In this document: in pieces, positions 23,582 to 34,125 of the stretch | Layout: each line of letters begins with the position of its first letter | How positions within the stretch are numbered: position 1 is the first letter of the stretch | From: Rozella allomycis CSF55 | Taxonomy: Eukaryota | Reading direction: 5' to 3' | DNA length: 44,648 nucleotides | Assembly: GCA_000442015.1 (NCBI GenBank) | Contig: KE560848.1 | Location: 219,389 to 264,036 of the forward strand | Program-made: the position numbers and the translations under genes | The notes under the pieces: generated by a model | Databases searched by the model: none | What the model was told of the DNA's origin: nothing | What the model saw: only the letters and a program-made list of their open reading frames with translations

Positions 23582-23797
23582 GAGGGTCTGTACCCGCTTC
23601 ACTCGCTCTCACGTTGAAAAAAATGTTTTTTATAGACATTAGACTATTGTACTGAGGCTAAGGCGAGACTAACAACGAACAAAGCCAAGCATTGTTTATT
23701 TACCCATCATCAGAAACGATTAAAGAGTAGTTTGGGCTCAGAAGACAACGTATTAGCATTCAAAACAAAAAATAACACTCATTGTTGGCATCATGGA
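23582..23797. repeat. Dispersed repeat copy A (about 215 bp)
   Basis: Aligns with 24021-24239 through shared blocks gagggt..cgcttcactcgct, taaggcgaga, attgtttatttacccat, gctcaga.gacaacgtat and tcatgga. Confidence 0.85.
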
Positions 23798-23862
23798 AGG
23801 TTCATCTATATTCTTGACAGCCAATTACCATAGCAGCTCCTTGTTGTCAACCTTTCCTTTAA

Positions 23863-23930
23863 CTAGCGGTTGTACTCGCTTCGCTCGCATTAAGAAATGG
23901 TTATTTTTCTCGCATAGGTAAAATTGATAC
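23863..23930 (-). mobile_element. Helitron-like 3' terminus, copy 2
   Basis: Minus strand TAATGCGAGCGAAGCGAGTACAACCGCTAG|T. The internal tttctcgcatag.taaaa..gatac is shared with the 21558 element. Confidence 0.65.
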
Positions 23931-24020
23931 CCCATACTTGCGCTTAATTAAATAAGTTTGTTTCTAGGTTGACCTCATAGATCGCATATGTTTCATTAAC
24001 CCCGGGTTCGCACGCCAGTC

Positions 24021-24239
24021 GAGGGTTTGCGCTTCACTCGCTTTCACAATCCCATTGAAAAAGTGTTTTTTATAGACTATCTTCCTGAGGAGGTAAGGCG
24101 AGATTAACAACTAACAAAGCGAAGGATTGTTTATTTACCCATTGTATTGGCTATTTTATCCACATGAAAAGCTTAAAGCTCAGACGACAACGTATAAGCA
24201 TTCATAATAAAAAATACTACTCATTATTGGTATCATGGA
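24021..24239. repeat. Dispersed repeat copy B (ends at the N at 24240)
   Basis: Diverged direct copy of 23582-23797. Confidence 0.85.
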
Positions 24240-24391
24240 NATTTGTTGGCAGAATCTATTTACTCGTTCTTTTTTTAACTTCTTAGAAGATAACTTTTTC
24301 CTGAGAGTGAATCCTTAAACAAATCCCAATGGAATTACTAGAATAATTGTGACAATTGTGACAATGTCGAATGAATTATCAATTGCCTATA

Positions 24392-24422
24392 CTAGCGGTT
24401 GTACTCGCTTCGCTCGCATTAA
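24392..24422 (-). mobile_element. Helitron-like 3' terminus, copy 3 (truncated by the N at 24439)
   Basis: 24391-24422 is identical over 32 nt to 23862-23893. Confidence 0.65.
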
Positions 24423-24853
24423 AAATAGAAGAATTAATNGTTTGAAATGACAGTTATACAGTGACATAGAGTTAAAGTCGATGGGTAATCAACGCCAATG
24501 GACTATTAGAATGTTTAGTCGCACTATATATTTTCAAGATTATGTTTTCGTATAGTTTGACTTTGGTTCAGATTGTTCCTTTTAAATGAAAATGATCCAT
24601 TGTGAGTGCCTACTACAGGGGTCGATGCCAAGAAGTGTACTGTTTACAATTAATTTATCGAATTACCAAAGAGAAAAATTAGAGTGACTCGAATCTTTGA
24701 AACTGCTGGCAGCTGCTGCTCTCCATCTATAAAAAATACTCAAAAGTATAAACAAAGCAACAGATTTCTGTTACTTTTATCAAATTTATTTTCTGTTAAT
24801 TCACATCACATTTCACAAAATATATTTTTTGACCTATCAACCGATGATTTGGA

Positions 24854-24875
24854 CCAATCACATCCTCCCACGTCA
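24854..24875 (+). promoter_or_regulatory. ER stress response element (CCAAT-N9-CCACG) overlapping a TGACGTGG UPRE-type site
   Basis: ccaat cacatcctc ccacg tca, about 60 bp upstream of the BiP ATG, followed by a TATA-like tatttaa. Confidence 0.7.
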
Positions 24876-24933
24876 ATTTTCGGATATTTAAGAAAGGGCT
24901 TTTCGCCAACCCTGGTTTTTCCAAGAGCTTCGA

Positions 24934-26915
24934 ATGAAGAGTGCTATCTTTTCGGGTGCTTTGGCCTTACTATCGCTTGGTAGTATCCACGCCAAGTCGT
25001 CGAGTGCTATCGGTATTGATTTGGGAACTACATATTCATGTGTTGCTGTGATGAAGGGAGACAATGTTGAGATTATAGTGAACGAGCAAGGAAACCGTAT
25101 TACACCGTCATATGTTGCGTTTACTGATAACGAGAGATTGATCGGAGAGGCGGCCAAGAACCAGTACGCTAGCAACCCAAAGAATACTGTTTATGATGCC
25201 AAGAGATTGATTGGAAAGGATTTTAGTGATTCAACTGTTAAGAAGGATATGAAATACTTTACTTTTGATGTTGTGAATAGAAACAATAAGCCAGTTATTA
25301 AGGTTAATGTTAAGGGAGAGGATAAGGTAGATTAATTGAAAGTTTTTTAGTTTAGGAATTTAGACCAGAAGAAATTAGTGCTATGGTTTTGACCAAGATG
25401 AAGGAAATTGCAGAGAACTATTTGGGTGAGACTATTAAGGATGCTGTTGTTACCGTGCCAGCATACTTTAACGATGCTCAAAGACAAGCAACAAAGGACG
25501 CTGGGACTATTGCAGGATTGAATGTTATTCGTGTTTTGAATGAGCCAACTGCAGCAGCTATCGCCTATGGATTGGATCGTGTTGATAAGGAGAAGACTAT
25601 TTTAGTTTATGACTTGGGTGGTGGTACATTTGATGTTTCATTGCTTTCTATTGACAATGGAATTTTTGAAGTTATTGCAACATCAGGAGACACTCACTTG
25701 GGAGGAGAAGATTTTGACAACAAAATTGTTGACTTTTTGAAGAAGAAGGTCAAGAGTAAATTGAATGTAGATGTTTCCAATAACATGAAAGCAATGTCAA
25801 AGTTGAGAAGAGAAGCTGAAAAAGCCAAGAGAGTTTTGTCATCATCTACTGAAGTTAGAATTGAAATTGATGCTTTGGTTGATGGAAAAGACTTTAGAGA
25901 AACATTGACAAGAGCCAAGTTTGAAGATTTGAACATGTCATTGTTTAAGAAGACTTTGGGACCAGTTGAGAGAGTATTGAAAGATGGAAAGATTGATAGA
26001 TCTAAAGTTGACGATATTGTCCTTGTTGGTGGATCTACTAGAATTCCAAAGATTGCTGAATTGTTAGAAGATTTCTTCAAAGGAAAGAAAGTTAACAAGA
26101 ACATCAACCCTGATGAAGCCATTGCTTATGGTGCTGCTGTTCAAGCTGCTTTGCTCACTGGACATGAAAGCACTAAGGATATTTTGATTATGGATACTTG
26201 CCCATTGACTCTTGGAATTGAAACTACTGGAGGTGTTATGACAAAGTTGATTCCAAGAAACACTCAAATTCCAGCAAAGAAATCTCAAATCTTTTCTACT
26301 GCTGCTGACAATCAACAAGTTGTTTCAATTCAAGTCTATGAAGGTGAACGTCCTTTGACCAAAGACAACCATCTTTTAGGCCGTTTTGATCTCTCTGGAA
26401 TCCCACCAGCCCCACGTGGTGTTCCACAAATTGAAGTCACTTTTGAAATTGATGCTAACGGTCTCTTGAAAGTGTCAGCTGTTGAAAAAGGTACTGGAAA
26501 GTCTGAATCTATCACCATCACCAACGATAATGGACGTTTGTCTCAAGAAGAAATTGAAAGAATGGTTGCTGAAGCTGAGAAATTCAAACAAGAAGATGAC
26601 TTGGCCAAAGAAAAGATTGAAGCTAGAAATACCTTTGAATCCTACGTTCATTCTATCAAGGCTCAATTGAAAGAAGACAAATTAATGTCTAAACTTTCTG
26701 ATGAAGATAAACAATCTCTCAACAAGGCTGTTGCTGAAGCTGACAAATGGTTAACTGCCAATGGTGATGCTTCCAAGGATGACTTTGAAGAGAAGAAATC
26801 TGAATTAGAATCTGTCGTATCTCCAATCATGACTAAAGTTCTCTCTGGTGGCGCCACTTCTGAATCTTCCAATGACGACGACGATGAAGATGATGATGAT
26901 CATGACGAACTTTAA
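24934..26915 (+). CDS. KAR2: ER Hsp70 chaperone BiP
   Basis: Signal peptide, [11 protein letters not shown], Hsp70 signatures and C-terminal HDEL. One 29-nt intron at 25327-25355. Confidence 0.99.
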
Positions 26916-26966
26916 ATAAAGGCAATTGTTTCAATAATAACAATTAATTTTTGAAAACTTTATTAT

Positions 26967-29900
26967 TTATTGATTATTTTGAATGTCAACCAATTCTCCT
27001 TGACTTGCTCTTCTTACTTGAATTTCCTTTGCTACATTTCCTGACCCTTTCAAAGAAGACTTTCTAACAAGAGATTGTGATCCCCTTAAACTCTTTCTAC
27101 CTTCATCTATTATTATATCTTCCTTGGAAAATGAAACCGAACTCTTCTTTCGCAAACTATTCATTGACCCTTCCTTTGTCTTCTTCATCGGCATCTCTTC
27201 AACCGACTCAAATCTATCATCAATACTCTCAAATCCCTGTTTCTCGCTTTTCACATTCCTCACTTCAACATCATCACTTTGTACATATTCCTGAATATCA
27301 TTGCTTTCTTCCAGTGATAGTTTTCCCATCCCTTGGTCATGTTCACTCTTTTGGTCAGAAATGTTATTACTAGATTTTTGGGTTTCCTGTGCATCTATTT
27401 TTGATTGAGAACGCTTGAGACTTTGCTTTGAGCCTTCTACACCTTGATTTACGTCTTGGTTTGATGTGATCTTGTTGGAACCTTCGTTAAGCTTTTGTTG
27501 GGATTGGCTTGATTGAGTGACGTATTCCTGTAAATTTGGCTGAGATGTCATTTTGGAAGGTTCAGAAAGGACTTGTTCAGATTGGGTTTTGAGATTGTGA
27601 TGGGATTGTTTGGCATCTTCAGTTAGCATTGTTTGGGATTGAGCTTTTACACTGTGATTGGATTGTTTGGTGTCTTCATTTAGCTGGGCTTGGGATCCCA
27701 CTTTGATATTTTGATTAGACTTGTTGGCGTCTTTATCTAACGCGGTTTGAGATTGAGCTTTGATACTTTGGGTGGATTGCTTAACATCTTCATTCAACTG
27801 CGTTTGGGATTGACCTTTGATACTTTGGGTGGATTGCTTAACATCTTCATTCAACTGCGTTTGGGATTGACCTTTGATACTGTGACTAGACTTCTTAACA
27901 TCTTCATTCAATTGCGTTTGAGATTGGGCTTTAATACTCTGATTAGATTTCTTAACATCCTGACTTGATAGTTTGACATCGTCATTCAACTGCGTTTGAG
28001 ATTGAGCTTTGATACTCTGATTAGATCTCTTAACATCCTGACTTGATTGTTTCACATCGTCATTCAACTGCGTTTGAGATTGGGCTTTTATACTCTGATT
28101 AGATTTCTTAACATCCTGGCTTGATAGTTTCACATCGTCATTCAACTGCGTTTGGGATTGACCTTTGATACTTTGAGTGGATTGCTTAACATCTTCATTC
28201 AATTTTGGTTGAGATTGAGCTTTGATACTTTGTTTAGACTTGTTAACATCTTCATTCAGAGAAGTTTGAGATTTGGCTTTAAGACTGTGGTTAGATTCTT
28301 TAACATCCTCAGTCAACAATTCTTGTTCTTTGAGACTTTGATTAGACATCTTAAAATTTTCATTTAACTGAGTTTTGGATCCCACTTTGATGCTGTTGGT
28401 AGACTTTTGAGCATCTTCATTCAAAGAGGTTTTAGATTGAGCTTTAAGACTGTGGCTAGATTGTTTAACATTTTCATTCAATTGGCTATGTGACTCGGCT
28501 TTGATACTGTGATTAGACTTATCGACATCGTCATTTAACTGGGTCTGGGATCCAACTTTGATATTTTGACCCGACTTCTTAACATCTTCAGTCAACTCAG
28601 TTTGAGAATGAGCTTTTATACTATGCGTAGACTTCATAAGATCATTATGATGCGCGTTATCCGAAGAATTGTCTTTTATACCCTGATCAGCCATTTTGGT
28701 ATCTTCTGAAAGTTGTGGTTGTGATTTAGATTTGATGCTATGATTGGATTTTGTAATATTTTCATTCAAGTCATTTTGGGATTTTACTTTTATACTGTGA
28801 TTAGATTTTTTAACATTCTCATTCAAATCTTGTTGGGATTGAGCCTTGATGCTGTGATTTGATTGTTTGATATCTTCAGTTAACTTGGCTTGAGATTCGT
28901 CTTTGATACTATGATTGGACTGTCTGATATCTTCATTCAATTTATTCAGAGATTGAGCTTTTACACTATTGCTAGACTTATTAACGCTTTCAGTCATTTT
29001 TTCTTGAGATTTATCATTGATATCGTGATTGGATTGTTCGATATTTCCATTCAACTTATTTTGAGATTGCAATTTGACACTATGACTAGATCCTTTAACT
29101 TCATCTTCCAATGATGGCTTATTATGAAAATATGATTCATTATGACCCTGAATAGAATCATTAACGTCGTTTACAGAATTTCTTAGATTTTCGTTGGATG
29201 TTTTCACACCGGCTTCAATTGGCTCTTGAACCAATGATTCTATATTGTTTTCTGACTTTCTAAGACTATTATTTGAGCGATTCATATTTGCATTGCCAAT
29301 ATTAGGTTGAGATTGCAAACTGCCTTTTGAACTTTCATGCTCTTCCTTTATCAAACTGGCCTGAGAGTAACTTAACTCAGTGTTATCTTTCATGCTATGA
29401 TTGGATTGATTAAAACTCTCCGCATTCACATTTTTCTCTGAAGTTGTTTTTATACCTCGGTTAGACTGCTTTACATCATCATTTAACTTTGAATTAGATT
29501 GAACATTAATATTTTGCTTCGAGCTCTTCGTTTCCCGTATTGTTTGCGCTGACCTTTTGGTGGAGTCCTGTTTTAGATCATTTTGAGACTGCGCCCTGAT
29601 ACTGCTGTGGGATCTTTTCGCTTGTTCATTAATGTTTGTCAGAGATTGTGTTTTAATAGTTTCCTCCGTGTCTTTATTTAAACTAGGTTGTGAGGTTGTT
29701 TTAACATTTTGAATTGATGCTTTAGCGCTCTTGTCTCCGTTTTCCTGTTCTGATTGACCATTTTCATTTAATGGCATATTATGTGCTGGTGATTTATATT
29801 CTAAATCCTCATTTAATATATTCTGGGAGAGAGACTTGGGAGTTTCGGTCGACTGCTCATTTTGAGTTACCCCGTATTTATCAGAATGTTCATTATTGTT

Positions 29901-32606
29901 AGTTTTGATTTCATCATTAGTTAAACCGATATTCAAATTGGTTTGCGACGATTGATTGGATTCACTCTTCTTTTCTTCAACTACACATTATGCGAGTTAA
30001 AATAATTTTACTATAGGATGTCTTTGTTTCTTGATTTTGAATGCTTAAATTTCCTGCAGATCTCTTTATCTCCGTTTTGCTTCCTAATTCAGTATTGGAT
30101 TGTGATTTCAATGAATGTTTAGATGCTTGAGAATTAATAACATTTTGAGATGTTCTCATCTCCATGTTTACTTTAGAATCTATTCTTTCTTTTTTCAAGT
30201 TATCTGGTTGATTCATTTTCACGGCAAGTATTGATGAGTTCTCTTCAAAACCTTCTTTTATTATCATGCTTGCCTGGGATGGCGTCCTTTCTCTCAATTC
30301 ACCTTTTCAAATAGAATAATCAATACTTACCCAAATTATTTTCATTCTCTTCAATAGTGAATTCTGATTCACTTTGTTTGATTGGTTTTTCATCACCCTC
30401 CTCATCTTCAAATTCTTCTTGAGAATAACTTATTTCATTTTGATTGGGATTTTTCGCTGTAATCGAAGAAGTAGAATTCGGATTTGGCGCTTCTTTAGGT
30501 TTACTTTCGGTATATAATTGTTCATTTCTATCTTGAATGTTAGATTGAGATTTTGATTTCGGATGTAGGGAGCTATTTTATGGAGTCATGTAAGCTTACC
30601 CTGAACTTTCGTTTAGCTTGGGCACTGACTGGCTTTTGTTTCTATTATCTTTTTGTTCGTTAGTCTCATCGTGTATTTTATCCTTGCTTCTCAGAATTCC
30701 CTTTCTCTCAGTTTTGCTCATTTCAACTCCTTCTGAGCTATTTGTATTTCCTCGAATAGTATTTGCTGATCGTGATTTGTTAAGGGTTGTGTTAGATTTC
30801 ACGCTTTCTTTGGAACCTAGAGTGCTAGACTGTGTTTTAACAGATTTAATATATTTGGATCCTGCAACTGACTCCTTTGACCACTTTGTTTGCTCACTAT
30901 CTACAATTGTTTGATTATCCGCTTTATCGACATTATCGTTTTCGGAGGTTTTAACAATCATACTTTCGTGGGAACCTGTGTCTTCTTCATCTTCAAAATC
31001 TTCACCATATTGATCTTTATTAGGGGAATCTGGAGAGGCATTAACGATCACTGATGGCTCTTGATGCTCCGATTTGGTCGTAGGTCGCAAGCTTTCTTCA
31101 CTAAACATTACGCTTCGGGAACGTGAAGTCTTTTTTTCCAGATGGGTAGTGGATGTTGAAATGTCTATCACTTCTTGTCTCGTTTCGCATGATTCATTTT
31201 TAGTTGCTTTCACAGCTTCTAAAACTTCACTGGTTTCGGTGTATTCATCCTTGTTATCTATCTTGTTTCTGACATTTGTGGTAGTTTTAGGACGTCTTAA
31301 CAGTTTTGATTCTTTAACTGCTTCTTCGTGAAAATTATTAGGTGAAGCACCGTATGCTGACTTCGCCCGATCAAGTCTGGTTTGCTCGTTTTGATTCACT
31401 TTTTCTTCATTTTTGGCAATCAATTGGGAATATTTGTCAAACAGTATCATATATCTTCTTTCATAGTCTTTTAAACGCTTTTCCGATTTGTTTAGAAGTG
31501 CCGTCTTTTTATCCAATTCTCTAGTTGCTTTCTCAACGGCAGCTTGAAGCTTAGATTTCGCGTGTGTTAAACCCTCATTGGCAGCTATTATTCTTAAAAA
31601 TTGTAAAAGGTTACCCTCAAGGTCTTTGTGATGCTTAGTTAATGTCTTGTTTTCTGATTGCGCTTGAGTGTATTTAGCTTTGTATTCTTCCAATAGTTCA
31701 GATTCTCTCTTTATTTCTTCTTGTTCAATAAAGGTGGCTTCCATTTCTTCAATTATCTGGGTGAGTGTTGAAATCTGTAATGTAAAAGTTGTGATTTTTA
31801 CTTCCTTTGCATAAGTACGATTTTCACGTTCAAGTTCAGCTAATCTTGTAGGGCGACTAGCCGTACGCAAATCAGCAAGTTCTTTTTGAAGCTCTCTTAT
31901 TGTAGTTTCATTGTTCTTAACCAATTTCTTGAGCGCATGAACCAACTACATAACTCATAGCATATCTGTTTACATGTTCTTCTCCTTTCGGTTTTTGACC
32001 GTGAAACTAAATTTAAAACCTTTTTTCAACTTACATTAATTGCCATGGAATCCTCGATCTGCTTCTCTCTTCGCGACAAGTCCTCTTCCGCCTTTCGCAG
32101 CAATGATCGCATGACTCTTTTTTCTTTTTGGGATTCATTAAGAGCCATTTTTAACTGTAAATTTTCATCGTAAAGGTCTTCTGTGGATTTATAATGTGTA
32201 GTGACCATTTTGCCATCCGCGCTTTTCGTTCTTGTGACAACTGGTATTAATTAAAAAAAATGATTACATGAAGATCTACGACCTTGATTATAATCTAATG
32301 AAAGCCTATAAGGCTTAGTAATGGAGGGTGTTAAACTCCATTGCCTAGGCCTTGACGTTGAAGGTCTCGGCTTTGCACTTCTTGGTCTATTCGGAGATCC
32401 TGCGTTAAATGAACTGCAATTTTATTACTTAAAGGTGTACTCATCTCAAAGAAATCATCAGTATCCGATTCTGGCTGCTTTACATCTAATATATTCAATT
32501 GATGATAAATACCGATAGATATTTGGGTATGGTTCATGTGACCACCGCTGGTAACATCTATATTATCCTTTATATTAAGGCTATGAAGATTCATTACACT
32601 CGGCAT
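26967..32606 (-). CDS. Large protein (roughly 1,750 aa): IQCE-like N-terminal coiled coil plus a long Ser/Gln/Lys tandem-repeat region
   Basis: ORFs 32331, 32026, 30596, 29977 and 26967 appear to join via 27-31 nt introns, with ATG at 32606 (MPSVMN). STEDLYDENLQLK...MRSLLRKAEEDLSRREKQIE and ELERENRTYAKE resemble the IQCE N-terminal domain as recalled. Confidence 0.7.
27590..29090 (-). repeat. Coding minisatellite with a 57-bp (19-aa) unit, SIKAQSQTQLNEDVKQSNH-like, about 25 copies including three 78-bp variants
   Basis: The 57-nt period is visible at 27781/27838. The 26-aa variants carry an extra DVK(L/Q)SSQ. Confidence 0.95.
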
Positions 32607-32691
32607 TTCGGTGATTTTGATGGTATCCAACGAGCCAAAATTCAAACAAAAAATATAAAACACTAAATTCATCAATTTCATTTATTCATCT

Positions 32692-33876
32692 TCACCAGTA
32701 GGACCAAGTTGGTCTATTTGGACCAGGTGGTGTACCATCACCGTAAGTTACTGGGGGAGCACTTTTATGAATATCCACACCTAGCTCCAATAGCTTTTGA
32801 AATGCTTTTGCAAAGTCTTTAAAGAAAAGCTCTTCATCCTTGCTGTAGCGAACCACGTATTTTTTGAATTCAGGATCTTCGATAAATGCCAAATCGGCTG
32901 GTAACATCATTAGTTCACCAGTAGGATCTTCAAATTGTGTTGGACCGTCCCAATTTTTCTTCGTCCATTTGGTTTCCAATAACTGCTTGAAATATTCATT
33001 GCTAAAAGTTGTTGGTGCTCTTGTCCAAGGATTCTTGTAGCCTGACCGTTCAGGATGGCAGCGACCAAGAGCGTGTGCTCCAGCTAAGGCGACAATTTCT
33101 TGATCCTTAAATCCCATTCTGTAAAACACGTCTCTTATGTGATCAGCACCTTTACTGCCATCTGGAAGGCGTCCATTCGGTGGGACGTACGTACCTTTTT
33201 GAGACGAGCTAATGGTATTACCATCAAATTCTTTTCTTCCAGGATGCCATTTGATAACTGGACCACCCATTTCTGTAATAGCAACACATGCAGCCAAAGT
33301 CCACAAATCAGCTTTGCTCATTCCTGGAAACTTCTTGTGGACCTCTTCTAAACGTTCTCTTGCTAAATCAAGTCCTGCATTAGCTGGATCAGATGATTCA
33401 GGCTCAAATCTCATTGTAGCACCATTAGATCCCCCTTTATTAGTTCCCTTGTCGTATGTTCCAGATGCGTGCCAAGCAAGCCTGACAAACAAAGGCCCAA
33501 GAGATCCATCATCATGTTCTTCATCCTCTAAAATCCCTGCGATTTCATCGGCTGCTGCTTTGTAATAATCAACTACCTTTAAATGTTGTGGGAGTTTTCG
33601 AATATCAGCCTCATCTCTGAAGCGTTGCAATTGATGAAATACATAGTAGCCCATTGGAAGAAGCATTATTGTTAGCACTAATTTCATATAATCATCTTCA
33701 GCAGTTCCATAGTATCCATGACTCGGCAATTCATGGGGGTTATGATCTTCGTTGGCTCCTGCATCATGAGATTTAAATCGCCTTTGAAACTTTACCATCG
33801 GAGCAGTAAATAATGTATTGTACCTGGTTAATGCGGGAGAGTTGATTATCCTGCGGCCAAATGTTTTCAAGAACAT
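32692..33876 (-). CDS. CCP1: Mitochondrial cytochrome c peroxidase (intronless)
   Basis: Presequence [11 protein letters not shown], a TM segment, distal [11 protein letters not shown], proximal GAHALGRCH, the radical-site Trp in GYKNPWT, and LMMLPAD. Confidence 0.93.
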   Translation of the reverse strand: MFLKTFGRRIINSPALTRYNTLFTAPMVKFQRRFKSHDAGANEDHNPHELPSHGYYGTAEDDYMKLVLTIMLLPMGYYVFHQLQRFRDEADIRKLPQHLKVVDYYKAAADEIAGILEDEEHDDGSLGPLFVRLAWHASGTYDKGTNKGGSNGATMRFEPESSDPANAGLDLARERLEEVHKKFPGMSKADLWTLAACVAITEMGGPVIKWHPGRKEFDGNTISSSQKGTYVPPNGRLPDGSKGADHIRDVFYRMGFKDQEIVALAGAHALGRCHPERSGYKNPWTRAPTTFSNEYFKQLLETKWTKKNWDGPTQFEDPTGELMMLPADLAFIEDPEFKKYVVRYSKDEELFFKDFAKAFQKLLELGVDIHKSAPPVTYGDGTPPGPNRPTWSYW

Positions 33877-34125
33877 CGATATTGTGTTTTGGCGATTGAC
33901 AAGGGTTTGGTCGCCAAAGGAGTGGACATTGACCAAATTCAATTTGTAAATACCATTTGTGATATCGCAGCTATCGCTAGTATATTTAAGTAATTAGAAT
34001 AATTTCATGCCAATTCGGTGGATCTCTTTGTCAATGGATAAACGTATATTGTAATTTATTTCTGATTGTCAAGTTTCGATTCCCATGATTCATTTTTGTA
34101 ACCAGATAGATTTTTCTTAAATCGA

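Noticed and set aside
23131-23758. 15-nt inverted match GACAACGTATTAGCA between the ATPase relic and repeat copy A
   Set aside because: The match is short, does not extend, and is not conserved in copy B, so it is compatible with chance.
27590-29090. Regular repeats resembling a CRISPR array
   Set aside because: The units are contiguous, in-frame 57/78-bp coding repeats with no unique spacers, the context is eukaryotic, and there are no cas genes.
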